64,000 nucleotides of DNA, taken from the NCBI GenBank assembly GCA_965263355.1, contig CBDHHL010000056.1, positions 2,112,001 to 2,176,000 on the forward strand. The letters run 5' to 3'. The notes below the pieces were generated by a model. It worked only from the letters and a program-made list of their open reading frames with translations, had not been told where the DNA came from and made no database searches. Source of the DNA: Leptolyngbyaceae cyanobacterium (GTDB taxonomy: Bacteria; Cyanobacteriota; Cyanobacteriia; Phormidesmidales; Phormidesmidaceae). Positions 20,323 to 30,207 of the stretch are shown here, piece after piece. A program made the position numbers and the translations under genes. The stretch's first letter is position 1, and each line of letters opens with the position of its first letter.

Positions 20323-21294
20323 CTAATACAATCGGCTTAAAACATAGTTCGACAAGGCTTCCAACGCACGCTTTGGTTCCGATTGAGGTAATTCAGCCAA
20401 ATTCTCAATCGCCTGCTTTACATGCTGTGACGCCAGTTCTCGCGAGCGTTCAATGCCACGACTTGCTTTTACTAATGCCATCGCCTCATCAAAATCACCA
20501 CTTTGGGCAAACTCCCGTTCAATCAACGTTGCCAAGTAAGGGGTTTCCTCCATGGCATACAACACGGGTGCGGTCAGATTGCCACTGAGCAAATCAGAAC
20601 CTGCAGGCTTACCCAGCACCTCTTCAGAACCAGTGAAGTCAAGAATGTCATCCACAACCTGAAACGCTAGCCCCAGATTACGTCCATATTGGTAAAGCGC
20701 TTCTGTAAGCCGATCAGATGATTGGCTCAAAACACCCACAGACTTGCAACTATTAGCAATCAGCGAAGCCGTCTTGTAGTAGCTCTTCATCAGATAAGCG
20801 TCCGTCGACAAGGTCGTATCAAACCGATTTAAGCCTTGTTGAATTTCCCCCTCTGCCAAATCCATAATGACGCGGGAGAGCAGTTTAACGACCGTCAAAT
20901 TGTCTAAATTAGCTAGATGCCACGATGATTGGGCAAATAAGAAGTCACCGGCCAGAACAGCTACACGATTATTAAAACTGCTATGAACCGTAGGCACACC
21001 GCGCCTGAGTGATGACTCATCCACCACATCATCATGGACAAGACTGGCCGTATGAATCATCTCAGTAATTTCGGCTAGACGAAGATGTCGAGCAGGAATT
21101 TCTGCCTCCATTACCGTAGCGCGTGATAACAGCAGGACAATCGCAGGCCGAATGCGCTTCCCTCCAGCCCCAAACAAATGCTCTGCTGCAGCATAGAGAA
21201 TAGGATGCCGAGCACCGACCAGCTGCTTTAAATTATCCGTCAGTAGCCTCAGATCGGCTTCGACGGGTGCAAACAGCGATGTTGTTGAAGTCAT
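20323..21294 (-). CDS. sds: solanesyl diphosphate synthase
   Basis: GGKRIRP, HDDVVD and QVVDDILD prenyltransferase motifs; 323 aa. Confidence 0.9.
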   Translation of the reverse strand: MTSTTSLFAPVEADLRLLTDNLKQLVGARHPILYAAAEHLFGAGGKRIRPAIVLLLSRATVMEAEIPARHLRLAEITEMIHTASLVHDDVVDESSLRRGVPTVHSSFNNRVAVLAGDFLFAQSSWHLANLDNLTVVKLLSRVIMDLAEGEIQQGLNRFDTTLSTDAYLMKSYYKTASLIANSCKSVGVLSQSSDRLTEALYQYGRNLGLAFQVVDDILDFTGSEEVLGKPAGSDLLSGNLTAPVLYAMEETPYLATLIEREFAQSGDFDEAMALVKASRGIERSRELASQHVKQAIENLAELPQSEPKRALEALSNYVLSRLY

Positions 21295-21996
21295 GGGAGA
21301 AAATGCTCAGACAGCTAGATTACGAAATTTTAAGCAATCCATCTTCATTCTAAGCTAACGACTCAGTTGGTGTCGTGAATCCCATAAGAATCCCCATAGA
21401 ATATTTTGTAATGCCTTTTATCCAAGCACTTTGAAGCCCCTAAAGGCCGTAGATTCATAAAGAGCACAATCTGGCTAGCAATGATTAGATATTTCTATTT
21501 CATTTTTTTAATTGTGACCATGTAAATAACAAATGCTTATGTTAATCTAATAATAGGAATTGGAAAAATTTCATAAGCAAGCTTGATGATTGGTGTTTGA
21601 TAACCTTCCCTGGAATCTTTAATGATTACTAGTGTTACTAGGGTTGTTCGCCAATGTGTTGCAACTGCCTCAGATATTGATAATTGATATTTTTGGCAGG
21701 CCAATGTCTGAAAATTATGGTAACTATCTGACTAGGCCTTATGGCTGAATCAGCATAGTAAGCTCTCAAGCAGACAACTTGGTTAGTAGCTTTATCGGTG
21801 CATGTACGCGCTAAAGTGCGTATGGAGTGACGAGCGATACTGCAACACTCGTAGTGCTGGGTAATTCTGGTATTAAGGTTTTTTGATTATTGAGCATTCT
21901 AGCTATATTGAGCCAGCCAAGTGCTGCCATTTCCTGCTGCCTGCTTCTTTAAGTGTGCGGATTACCCTTGTTGCTCCTCTAACTCCAGCTACGTCA

Positions 21997-22119
21997 ATGA
22001 CTCACCCATTTACCCCCCTGCTCATGCTGCTACTCGCTATCAGTTATCTACTGATGGTCTACTTTGCGTTCACGGTTATTCAACGGTTTGTCAATAGCCG
22101 AAAGCAAATGTTGAAATAA
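21997..22119 (+). CDS. possible 40-aa single-TM small protein
   Basis: MTHPFTPLLMLLLAISYLLMVYFAFTVIQRFVNSRKQMLK: hydrophobic helix plus basic tail. Confidence 0.4.
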   Translation: MTHPFTPLLMLLLAISYLLMVYFAFTVIQRFVNSRKQMLK

Positions 22120-22462
22120 CGATGACAGATGATTTCTAACGGCTCTTTTGAGTCGTCTGAATCGCTGCTATTTTCAGCAGTTGCATACGCTTATAAATTC
22201 TTTCCTCAATATATATTTATTATTCTCGCACAGCGGCTGAGTTACTTAGTAATTCAGCTGTTCTTTTTTAGAATTCATCCATTGACCGCCACAGCATCAC
22301 ATTATTTTTTGCTTTTCCAACTTCTTTTTCCCACTAGACTTTTTGGCTTGCTGATTTATTCAAGCTCTAGAGACTCAGACAACTTGAGCCAAGTATGTAT
22401 TCCCGAAAACAACTTAGGGAGTTAGCATAGACAGAAGTTTTGAACAGTAGGCAATCAGAAAT

Positions 22463-23764
22463 TTGAGTTCAGCCCCTGACGGTTTTGCCTCCAATATTTC
22501 CAATAGCGGCAAGCCCAACGTTCCATTTCCTGCCACCGTTGTCCGATTAGATAATGGCTTAACCGTGATTCATCAGGAAATTACGACTACCCCTGTCGTT
22601 GTCGTAGACGTTTGGATTAAGGCGGGTGCCCGCTACGAACCCAATCATTGGAATGGCATGGCTCATTTTTTAGAGCATATGGTGTTTAAGGGGACTGAGC
22701 AGATCCTGCCAGGCATGTTTGATGCCGCTATTGAGAATCGAGGTGGTCTGACAAACGCAGCCACCAGCCATGACTATGCTCATTTTTATATGACTATAGC
22801 TGCTGATGATTTGGCCGATGCGCTACCTTATCTCGCGGCGCTCTTACTACATGCAGCGATCCCCGCAGATGAGTTTGTACGAGAACGTCATGTGGTCGTT
22901 GAAGAGATTCATCAGTCATGGGATGACCCTGACTGGATTGGGTTTCAGACACTTGCAGAAATGATCTACGACGATCATCCTTACGGACGATCAGTTTTAG
23001 GATCTCCCGAAAGTTTACAGGAGCGTTCCCCCGAAGAAATGCGCCAATTCCATCGCACTTACTATCAACCCGAAAATATGCAAGTGGTGATCACAGGTGG
23101 CGTCTCCCTGGATCGAGTTCTAGAACTCGTACAGACAAATTTTCGGGCATTTGCCCAGCGGGCCTCTTGTGCCAACATCGAGCTAAACTCTTGTCCTCGC
23201 TTGCTGACTAACCCTCGCCAAGCAATCAAACTGCCTCGCTTAGAACATGGGCGTTTGCTCATGGCTTGGTTGGGCCCTGGTATCGGTGACCTAAAAACAG
23301 CCTGTGGGCTAGATATTTTAGCAACATTACTCGCTGAAGGGCGAATGTCACGGCTAGTGAGAGAACTCCGCGAAGATCGTCAATGGGTCGATGAAATCGC
23401 CAGTAGTTTTTCGGTACAGCAGGACTGCAGTCTATTTGTTTTATCAACTTGGTTAGCGCCAAGTCATATAAAAGAAGTAGAACAAATAATTTGCGATCGC
23501 ATCGCGTCCCTAGCCACCATACCGGTGACCAAGCTAGAGTTAGAGCGTGCTCAGCGGTTATTATGCAACGATTATGCCTTTTCCATGGAAACCCCAGGCC
23601 AGCTTGCCGGGCTATACGGGTATTATGGAACTTTGGCCACACCGGAGCTTTCCCTGGTATATCCCAACTACGTTAGCGCATACTCTGCGGAGCAACTCTT
23701 GCCGCTGGCAGAGCAATACCTCTCACCTAGCCATTGCGGTAGCCTAGCCCTCACTCCTGCCTAG
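22463..23764 (+). CDS. M16 (pitrilysin-family) zinc peptidase, catalytic subunit
   Basis: HFLEH inverted zincin motif and NAATSHD. Confidence 0.92.
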   Translation: MSSAPDGFASNISNSGKPNVPFPATVVRLDNGLTVIHQEITTTPVVVVDVWIKAGARYEPNHWNGMAHFLEHMVFKGTEQILPGMFDAAIENRGGLTNAATSHDYAHFYMTIAADDLADALPYLAALLLHAAIPADEFVRERHVVVEEIHQSWDDPDWIGFQTLAEMIYDDHPYGRSVLGSPESLQERSPEEMRQFHRTYYQPENMQVVITGGVSLDRVLELVQTNFRAFAQRASCANIELNSCPRLLTNPRQAIKLPRLEHGRLLMAWLGPGIGDLKTACGLDILATLLAEGRMSRLVRELREDRQWVDEIASSFSVQQDCSLFVLSTWLAPSHIKEVEQIICDRIASLATIPVTKLELERAQRLLCNDYAFSMETPGQLAGLYGYYGTLATPELSLVYPNYVSAYSAEQLLPLAEQYLSPSHCGSLALTPA

Positions 23765-23816
23765 TGTCTGTCAATTTTCTGACAGCCTTAACGAATAACT
23801 CTCAACCAAGACGCCT

Positions 23817-25088
23817 GTGACTGTATCCACTGCCCCAAAGCAAAATTCCATTACAACCCGTCTAGGCAACGGCCTGAAGGTTATCGCTATTGAAAATCCA
23901 GTCGCTGACATCGTCTCAGCACGAATGTTTTTGCCCGTTGGGCAAGGCCATGAGACACCGGAAAACGCCGGTATCTTCAGCCTACTCACATCGCTGCTGA
24001 CTCGAGGTACAGCTCACCGTAGTTCCTTAGAAATTGCTGAAGCTGTTGAGTATGTAGGTGCCAGTCTAGGAGCAGATAGCGCATCAGATTACAGCTTGGT
24101 CAGTGTCAAAACCGTCTCTGCCGACTTTGAGAAAATTTTCACCCTGGCTACCGAGATTTTGAGAGAACCCAGCTTTCCTGAAAATGAGATTGAGCTGGAA
24201 CGAAAGCTCACAATTCAAGGGTTGCGGTCGATGCAAGAACAGCCCTTTAGCGTGGCCTATAAATATTTTCGCGAAGGTATGTATGGCAGCCATCCCTATG
24301 GTTTTTCCAGCATGGGTACCGAAAAAACAGTCATGGCCATACAGCGAGATGATTTATTAGCAGCCCACAGCAAGCATTTCCGCCCCGATAATATGGTGGT
24401 AGTCATTGTTGGTCGCATTGATCCCGAGAGAGCAATTGCGTTAGTTGATAAACTTCTGGGTGACTGGACTGTGCCCAACTACCCAGCGCCTGAACCGCGA
24501 CTACCCGCCTTAGAATCCCATGCCTATCGCGTCGTTACCCCCCAGGAAACCAACCAAGCGTTTGTAATTATTGGCTATCTAGCCGCCTCGGTAAAGCACC
24601 CAGATTTTGCTGCCTTAAAGCTACTCAGCACTCACTTGGGTAATGGCCTATCGAGTCGTCTATTTGTTGAACTGCGGGAAAAACAAGGCCTTGCCTACGA
24701 TGTCTCAGCATTTTATCCCACACGCTTAGGGCCATCGCAATTTGTTAGCTACATTGGCACCGCCCCAGAAAATACGTCAGTCGCCTTGGATGGTCTACAC
24801 AGTGAACTACGACGTTTATGCGAATTGCCTTTAACTGAGCATGAACTGCAAGTTGCTAAAAACAAAATGTTAGGACAATATGCCCTTGGCAAACAGACTA
24901 ACGGACAGATTGCGCAGCTGTTGGGTTGGTATGAGATTTTGGGTTTAGGGACTGAGTTTGATCAGCAGTTTCAGGCAGATATTGCTGCTGTCACGATTGA
25001 CGCAGCCCAGGAGGCCGCAAAGCGTTGTTTTGTGGATTCCTATATTTCAATTTTGGGTCCGGCTACAGCAGTGGAAGCCTTGCGGTAA
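23817..25088 (+). CDS. M16 peptidase partner subunit (no HxxEH)
   Basis: SSRLFVELREKQGLAY motif; tandem with the catalytic subunit. Confidence 0.9.
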   Translation: MTVSTAPKQNSITTRLGNGLKVIAIENPVADIVSARMFLPVGQGHETPENAGIFSLLTSLLTRGTAHRSSLEIAEAVEYVGASLGADSASDYSLVSVKTVSADFEKIFTLATEILREPSFPENEIELERKLTIQGLRSMQEQPFSVAYKYFREGMYGSHPYGFSSMGTEKTVMAIQRDDLLAAHSKHFRPDNMVVVIVGRIDPERAIALVDKLLGDWTVPNYPAPEPRLPALESHAYRVVTPQETNQAFVIIGYLAASVKHPDFAALKLLSTHLGNGLSSRLFVELREKQGLAYDVSAFYPTRLGPSQFVSYIGTAPENTSVALDGLHSELRRLCELPLTEHELQVAKNKMLGQYALGKQTNGQIAQLLGWYEILGLGTEFDQQFQADIAAVTIDAAQEAAKRCFVDSYISILGPATAVEALR

Positions 25089-25539
25089 AGCAAAATAACT
25101 GAGTATCTATCTAAAATCCTGATAGCCAGCATCTCAGACAATCAGCCTTGGCTTGAGAGTTTGTTGGTATTGCTAACGCAGGCTATCTGCTCATCAGACT
25201 CATGATTATAATGCCAGGTCAGGGCACTTAAAATAAGGGTCGCTATGCGGTCGGTGTGTCTCCTAGCTTGAGTCATCGTTTAACAGCCAATGGATTGCAG
25301 TCGAAGGCAGCTTGATAGAAACGATTAGTGCCGCGTTGGGTGGCATTGATATTGGCTCCATAATGGATAAGGAGTTGGAGCGATCGCAAGATATCCGCTT
25401 CCTCTTGCTCGTTTTCTGTTTCAAACCCAAGCATCTCTTGAAACGGATCCCATCCCTGTTTTCTGATGACCGTAATATCTGCACCAGCGGCCCTCTTGAT
25501 AGGGCTTTTATACTAGAAACAGTATCGTCAAGTTAGCTC

Positions 25540-25677
25540 ATGCCTTCGCCATTTCCTGGAATGGCCCCCTCCATCGAGCAGGCTGCCTATTGGGCTTCGT
25601 TCCATAGCCGGTTGATTGTGGCTTTAGCGAATGCGATTGAGGCTAGACTCAGCCAGCAAATTGACCTACGTGGTTAA
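25540..25677 (+). pseudogene. truncated DUF4058-like gene fragment
   Basis: MPSPFPGMAPSIEQAAYWASFHSRLIVALANAI...stop after 45 codons; MPSPFPGM is the usual DUF4058 N-terminus. Confidence 0.65.
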
Positions 25678-25770
25678 CACCACTAACTAACTCAAGAAAA
25701 TGACTGAGGCTAAAGAGTGGCAAGCTAGCAAATTTTAACTTCACTAAGAATAGACGTTTGGAAGAGAAAA

Positions 25771-25800
25771 CTGACAACGTGTTGAAAGTACGCTGTCAGT
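25771..25800 (-). terminator. hairpin downstream of the haloperoxidase gene
   Basis: CTGACAACGTGTTGAAAGTACGCTGTCAG preceded by an A-rich tract on the plus strand. Confidence 0.5.
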
Positions 25801-25840
25801 CTTCATCTCAGACTCTAACTTTTAGATCCATCAGCTCTCA

Positions 25841-27520
25841 TTAAATCTGCACTGCATTACCGCTCATGCCTTGGAACTTAAACTGTCCGACCTCTTCACG
25901 GTATGTGGTCTTGACATCGCGCAGCATGCTAATCGCTAGTTTTTCACCCAGCAAATTACCACCCGTCTCAATCCCCATCTCCGGTCCAAAGGCAGTTCCA
26001 TCGGTGCGCCAATGCATACCAGCGCCATCACGAAATAGCGTAATATTCGCAATCAGCTTATTTAGCTCACCATGGATAGTCAGTTTTGTCCCCTGCAAGT
26101 CTTTTAGACCCTGACCGCTATCAGTGGGCACTTGTGGGCAAGGAAACTCACCATCAGCAAAAAAGGCCTTAGCCACCGTTGCCGCCGCTGCAATAAAGAC
26201 AGAGTGACCACCAGGATAAGCGGGGTGAGTAGGAGACCCCTCAGGGAAAGCCATCGGCAACAACCAGGTACCATCTTGATCACCACGCTTTTGAGCCAGG
26301 TTTTGCTGCTTATTGTGCTCAAAAATATAGTCAAGCACCGCTGTCTGCCGCCAAACATGCGCACCCTTACCAAACAAAGAAATAAATTTCTCATCATCGA
26401 ATGGGTTGTTTGGAGAATTCCCCAAAACACCACGCCGGAATAGCTCCAGACGCTGCGCATAGACTTCTGGTCGCAACTGGCGATGTACACACCATTTTTG
26501 GAACCAGGCATGCTTAAGACCATAAACACCGGCTAAACCAGCCTGAATGGTAATATCTGGACCACCCAAGCTACCAAATGCTTCAGCAGTTTCAATTGCT
26601 CCGCTAACATAGGGACTTGCCTGAGAAATAGCTGCCCCCAGTCCCAGAAGCATAATGGTGGACCAAAGACCCGACTGATGGGGAAAGTCAATATGTACCC
26701 ACTGCCCAGCATCACGCAATGTGGTGATATAGCGCTCACCTTCAAGAATATCGGTACCCGTGGGGTCAATATCGCCATTATTAACCCGTTGCCAGGTATC
26801 TAGATCGGTCATGTAATCTAGACATGGCTTAGGATAACGCTGCAGCTAACGAATCGGCTGATTACCAAAGTCAAAATCTTGCAACAGAAACTGTGACACG
26901 TGGGGACCCACATCACACCCTTCGTAAGGACCGCGGAAAATAGTATCCGGTGTGCAAACAAAGCCAAACTCCTGCTCAAACCCCAGGTTATTAAGGTCTT
27001 TACAAGCGGTTGCGATCAGCCCATTCGTGGCATATTCATCAAAGGGAATATCACGACATAGGGCCATCCAGTAGCGCTCGACCATATCAACTGCCGTATT
27101 ACGACTCGCAAATTTAGGAGCCACTGCCATGCGAGCACCATTGGAGTCATTACCAATCAGCTGAAAAGAATAGGTATTGAGAGGGTTAGCCAGCAAGCGG
27201 TTACCGCCACCAAGCTGCACATCATTAAATGCCTCTTGAGTATCTTCATCAATGGCCCGCAATAACGAATCAAACGATGACGGTTTTACAAACCCTTTGG
27301 CATCATGCTTCAGAGCTTTTGTAAACGATGCAAATCCAGGAAAGCCAATCTTTTCAAATCGTTCTTCGTCGCCATTGATTGGAGGAACAGCAACAACAAA
27401 ATCATCGGCTGCACTAGCCCGAACTTTTCGACGAATTTCATTGGCTGCCCGCCGACGCATTCTAAAATCTCTCCGATCTTTAGGATCTGATTCCTGCGGA
27501 ATTGGTGAATTACCTTTCAT
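25841..27520 (-). pseudogene. vanadium-dependent haloperoxidase (bromoperoxidase-like) interrupted by one in-frame TAG at 26846-26848
   Basis: ORFs 26846-27520 and 25841-26812 share a frame (GNQPIR*LQRYPKPCLDYMTD); vanadate-site motifs KHAWFQKWCVHRQLRPE, PEGSPTHPAYPGGH and RDGAGMHWRTD. Confidence 0.88.
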
Positions 27521-27822
27521 TCAATTTTCCCTCGAAGACTTTCATTAAGTGAGCTATACAAGACCTTTGACTTACCATCCATCATCAAAAGCAAGCCAAA
27601 GAAAAACAGAAAACAAAGCGCCTATTGCTACAAGCTTTGAAGATATTAGAATCAAGTATTGCGGATACAAAGAGGAGTAGATTTTGTAGCCTTAATCTGT
27701 TCTATAAAGTGAGTAATTTTCCTAACAGATCTGTGACCCAATAAAGTTGACCTTGAATTATTTCAATTATGGAATTAAGCTTTCTTGATTTAACAGTACA
27801 CTTTTGGGTACTTAATAAGTCC

Positions 27823-28131
27823 TTAGATGGTATTCATCGCAGTCAAGTCCTTGGCCTGGGCAGAATAATGAGTCTCTTCCAATAACAGATCAACAACATA
27901 TCCTTCCCTGTAGCAAACAACAATATCATCAGCATTTGCAACATCTCTTGCAGTAGTCGATTGAGCGGACAACAAAAAAATCACATACATCACATTAGCT
28001 TCTGCGGCATAGGACATCCAAAAAGATCTCTTCTTCAAATCCTTAATTGAGTGAGCTAATTGTAGAAAACTGTCAGCTTGACATTGTTTCATAGCCAAAA
28101 TAGTTCTTTCCCACTCAAATAGCTGCACCAT
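27823..28131 (-). CDS. hypothetical protein, doubtful
   Basis: 102-aa ORF in an AT-rich stretch with no recognisable motif. Confidence 0.3.
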   Translation of the reverse strand: MVQLFEWERTILAMKQCQADSFLQLAHSIKDLKKRSFWMSYAAEANVMYVIFLLSAQSTTARDVANADDIVVCYREGYVVDLLLEETHYSAQAKDLTAMNTI

Positions 28132-28197
28132 GGAAAAGCATAATACGTAATACTTTATCTACACAGAAAACATCAAACCCTTACCGCCTTGCATCCC

Positions 28198-29097
28198 ATG
28201 ACTGACTCCCCATCTACCCAAACCCAATTCTGGACCTGGCAAGGCTTCCCTATCCGTTACCAAACTGCAGGCACGCAAGGTCCCCCCCTACTCCTAATCC
28301 ATGGTTTCGGAGCCCACAGCGACCACTGGCGCAAAAACCTACCTGACCTCGGCCAAACCCATCGAGTCTACGCCATCGACCTCATCGGCTACGGCCAGTC
28401 CGCTAAACCCACCCCTGGCAAACCCATTAACTACACCTTCGAAACCTGGGGCCAACAAATTATCGACTTTTGCCAAGAAATCATTGGAGAACCCACCTTC
28501 CTCGTTGGCAACTCCATCGGTTGCATTGTCGCCATGCAAGCCGCCACCATGGCACCAGACCAAGTCAATGGCCTTGTTATCCTTGACTGTTCTTTACGTC
28601 TGCTCCACGATCGCAAACGAGCGACCCTCCCCTGGTACCGCAGCGCACCCACCCCCCTCATTCAGGCCATCCTCAACTACAAACCTGTTGGCAAATTCTT
28701 CTTCTCTCGCCTAGCCAAACCCAACACACTCAAAAATATCCTGCGACAGGCCTACGGTCGCAAAGAAGCTGTCACCGACGAACTCATCGAACTCCTACTT
28801 GCCCCAGCCTGTGATCCAAATGCAGTTGATGTATTTGTCGCCTTTATCAGCTATTCCCAAGGACCACTCCCGGAAGATCTTTTACCCCAACTCACCTGTC
28901 CAGTACTAATGCTGTGGGGCGAAGCCGACCCATGGGAACCCATTGAGCTAGGTCGGGAACTCAGTAGGTATAACATCGTCGAACAATTCATACCACTCGC
29001 AGGAGTGGGCCACTGCCCCCAGGATGAAGCACCCGAACTGGTCAATCCATTGATTAGCGAGTGGGTGTACAGGATGGCGGCAACCAGCTTAGTTTAA
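28198..29097 (+). CDS. alpha/beta fold hydrolase
   Basis: LIHGFGA, GNSIG nucleophile elbow and GHCPQDE. Confidence 0.92.
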   Translation: MTDSPSTQTQFWTWQGFPIRYQTAGTQGPPLLLIHGFGAHSDHWRKNLPDLGQTHRVYAIDLIGYGQSAKPTPGKPINYTFETWGQQIIDFCQEIIGEPTFLVGNSIGCIVAMQAATMAPDQVNGLVILDCSLRLLHDRKRATLPWYRSAPTPLIQAILNYKPVGKFFFSRLAKPNTLKNILRQAYGRKEAVTDELIELLLAPACDPNAVDVFVAFISYSQGPLPEDLLPQLTCPVLMLWGEADPWEPIELGRELSRYNIVEQFIPLAGVGHCPQDEAPELVNPLISEWVYRMAATSLV

Positions 29098-29196
29098 TGC
29101 AATTTAGCTGAGCCGCCTCCGCCTTGTAAACAGCAGGCGTGTCTAACGCCTCTTTTAGGCGTCTAACGCTCCTCCGCTTTCACATCTAAATTAGAC

Positions 29197-30207
29197 AAAA
29201 AAGTACCCTGGAAACACAAAAGTGGATCACAGGGTAGGGGCAACAGTTAAACGCTTGTGCTATTCATAGCCTCGCCTAAGAAAACGGTTAAACGCCTCAT
29301 TGTGTGTCGGTTTTTAGAGTGTCCATAATGCCATCCATAGACTTGCTTCCAGGGAGGGCATATGCGTTACATGGACATTTTTTCTTACTCTCAACAACAG
29401 TCCGTTTTAGCGCATACACTACAGCGTCATACAATATTGCACTGATGCATATCGTTAGTACAGCCCAATAGCTACTCACATTCAATAAAAAAGTACCTCG
29501 CGAACGCAGAGTTCACGAGGTCAGGGCAACAGTTAAACGCTTGTACTGTTATTAGGATTGCCTCAAAGAAAATCTACGCAGTTGGCCCTATGCCATTTCC
29601 TGTAGTGTCCATAATTTATTTACAGCCAAGGGGTTAGCCAAGTGAGCCATGTTACGCTTATGGTGCATCTACCACTGACGATTCGCCAATTTAAAGGTTG
29701 TACACAATCACTGTATAATTCCTGTTTAGTTGACGCGAATCGTCTCAAAAATTCGACCAATTCCCTTTAAATGAAAATATCCTTACAAATCTAAGCAAGC
29801 TCTTAGTAAGTCTCAGCCTTAATTGATAGTAAGGACAACAGTTAAACACTTGTGATTGAATATCACCGCCTAACTTTGAATAAAAAAATACCCCGCGAAC
29901 GTACAGTTCACGAGGTAGGGGCAACAGTTAAACGCTTGTGCTATTCGTAGAATCGCTCAAAAAACTTATTAAATACTATTTTTTGTGACGCTTTCTAGAA
30001 CGTCCATAGGTTTATCGGGTTGAGAATTACGACTATAAAAAGTTGGCGCGTTCACATCTACACTTAATGACCTTTAAATAAAAAAGTACCCCGCGAACGT
30101 ACAGTTCACGAGGTAGGGGCAACAGTTAAACGCTTGTGCTATTCGTAGAATCGCTCAAAAAAGGTCGTACGCCATTTGGCGTATGCCGATTCTTAGATCG
30201 TCCATAA
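29197..30207 (-). ncRNA. tandem array of five related putative small-RNA genes
   Basis: Units at about 29197-29261, 29487-29547, 29775-29856, 29882-29942 and 30080-30140; conserved ACAAGyGTTTAACTGTTGyCC core, hairpin and T-tract; TATGGAC motif at a fixed distance upstream. Confidence 0.7.

Noticed and set aside
22129..22425. 98-aa hydrophobic ORF
   Set aside because: T-rich low-complexity intergenic sequence with no family motif
25263..25536. Overlapping 73/74-aa ORFs on both strands
   Set aside because: No recognisable motif, RBS or coding signature
26813..26848. Programmed frameshift, pyrrolysine or selenocysteine in the haloperoxidase
   Set aside because: The two parts are in the same frame, the stop is TAG rather than TGA, and no pyl machinery is seen or expected in cyanobacteria
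29197..30207. CRISPR array interpretation of the repeated units
   Set aside because: Units are 60+ nt with terminators, gaps are irregular (about 25-230 nt) and there are no cas genes in the window
29297..30207. Short peptides starting at the conserved ATGGAC (MD...) or the 62-aa ORF 29297-29485
   Set aside because: The peptides differ in length (9-16 aa) and sequence after MD; the fixed 60-nt spacing fits a promoter element better
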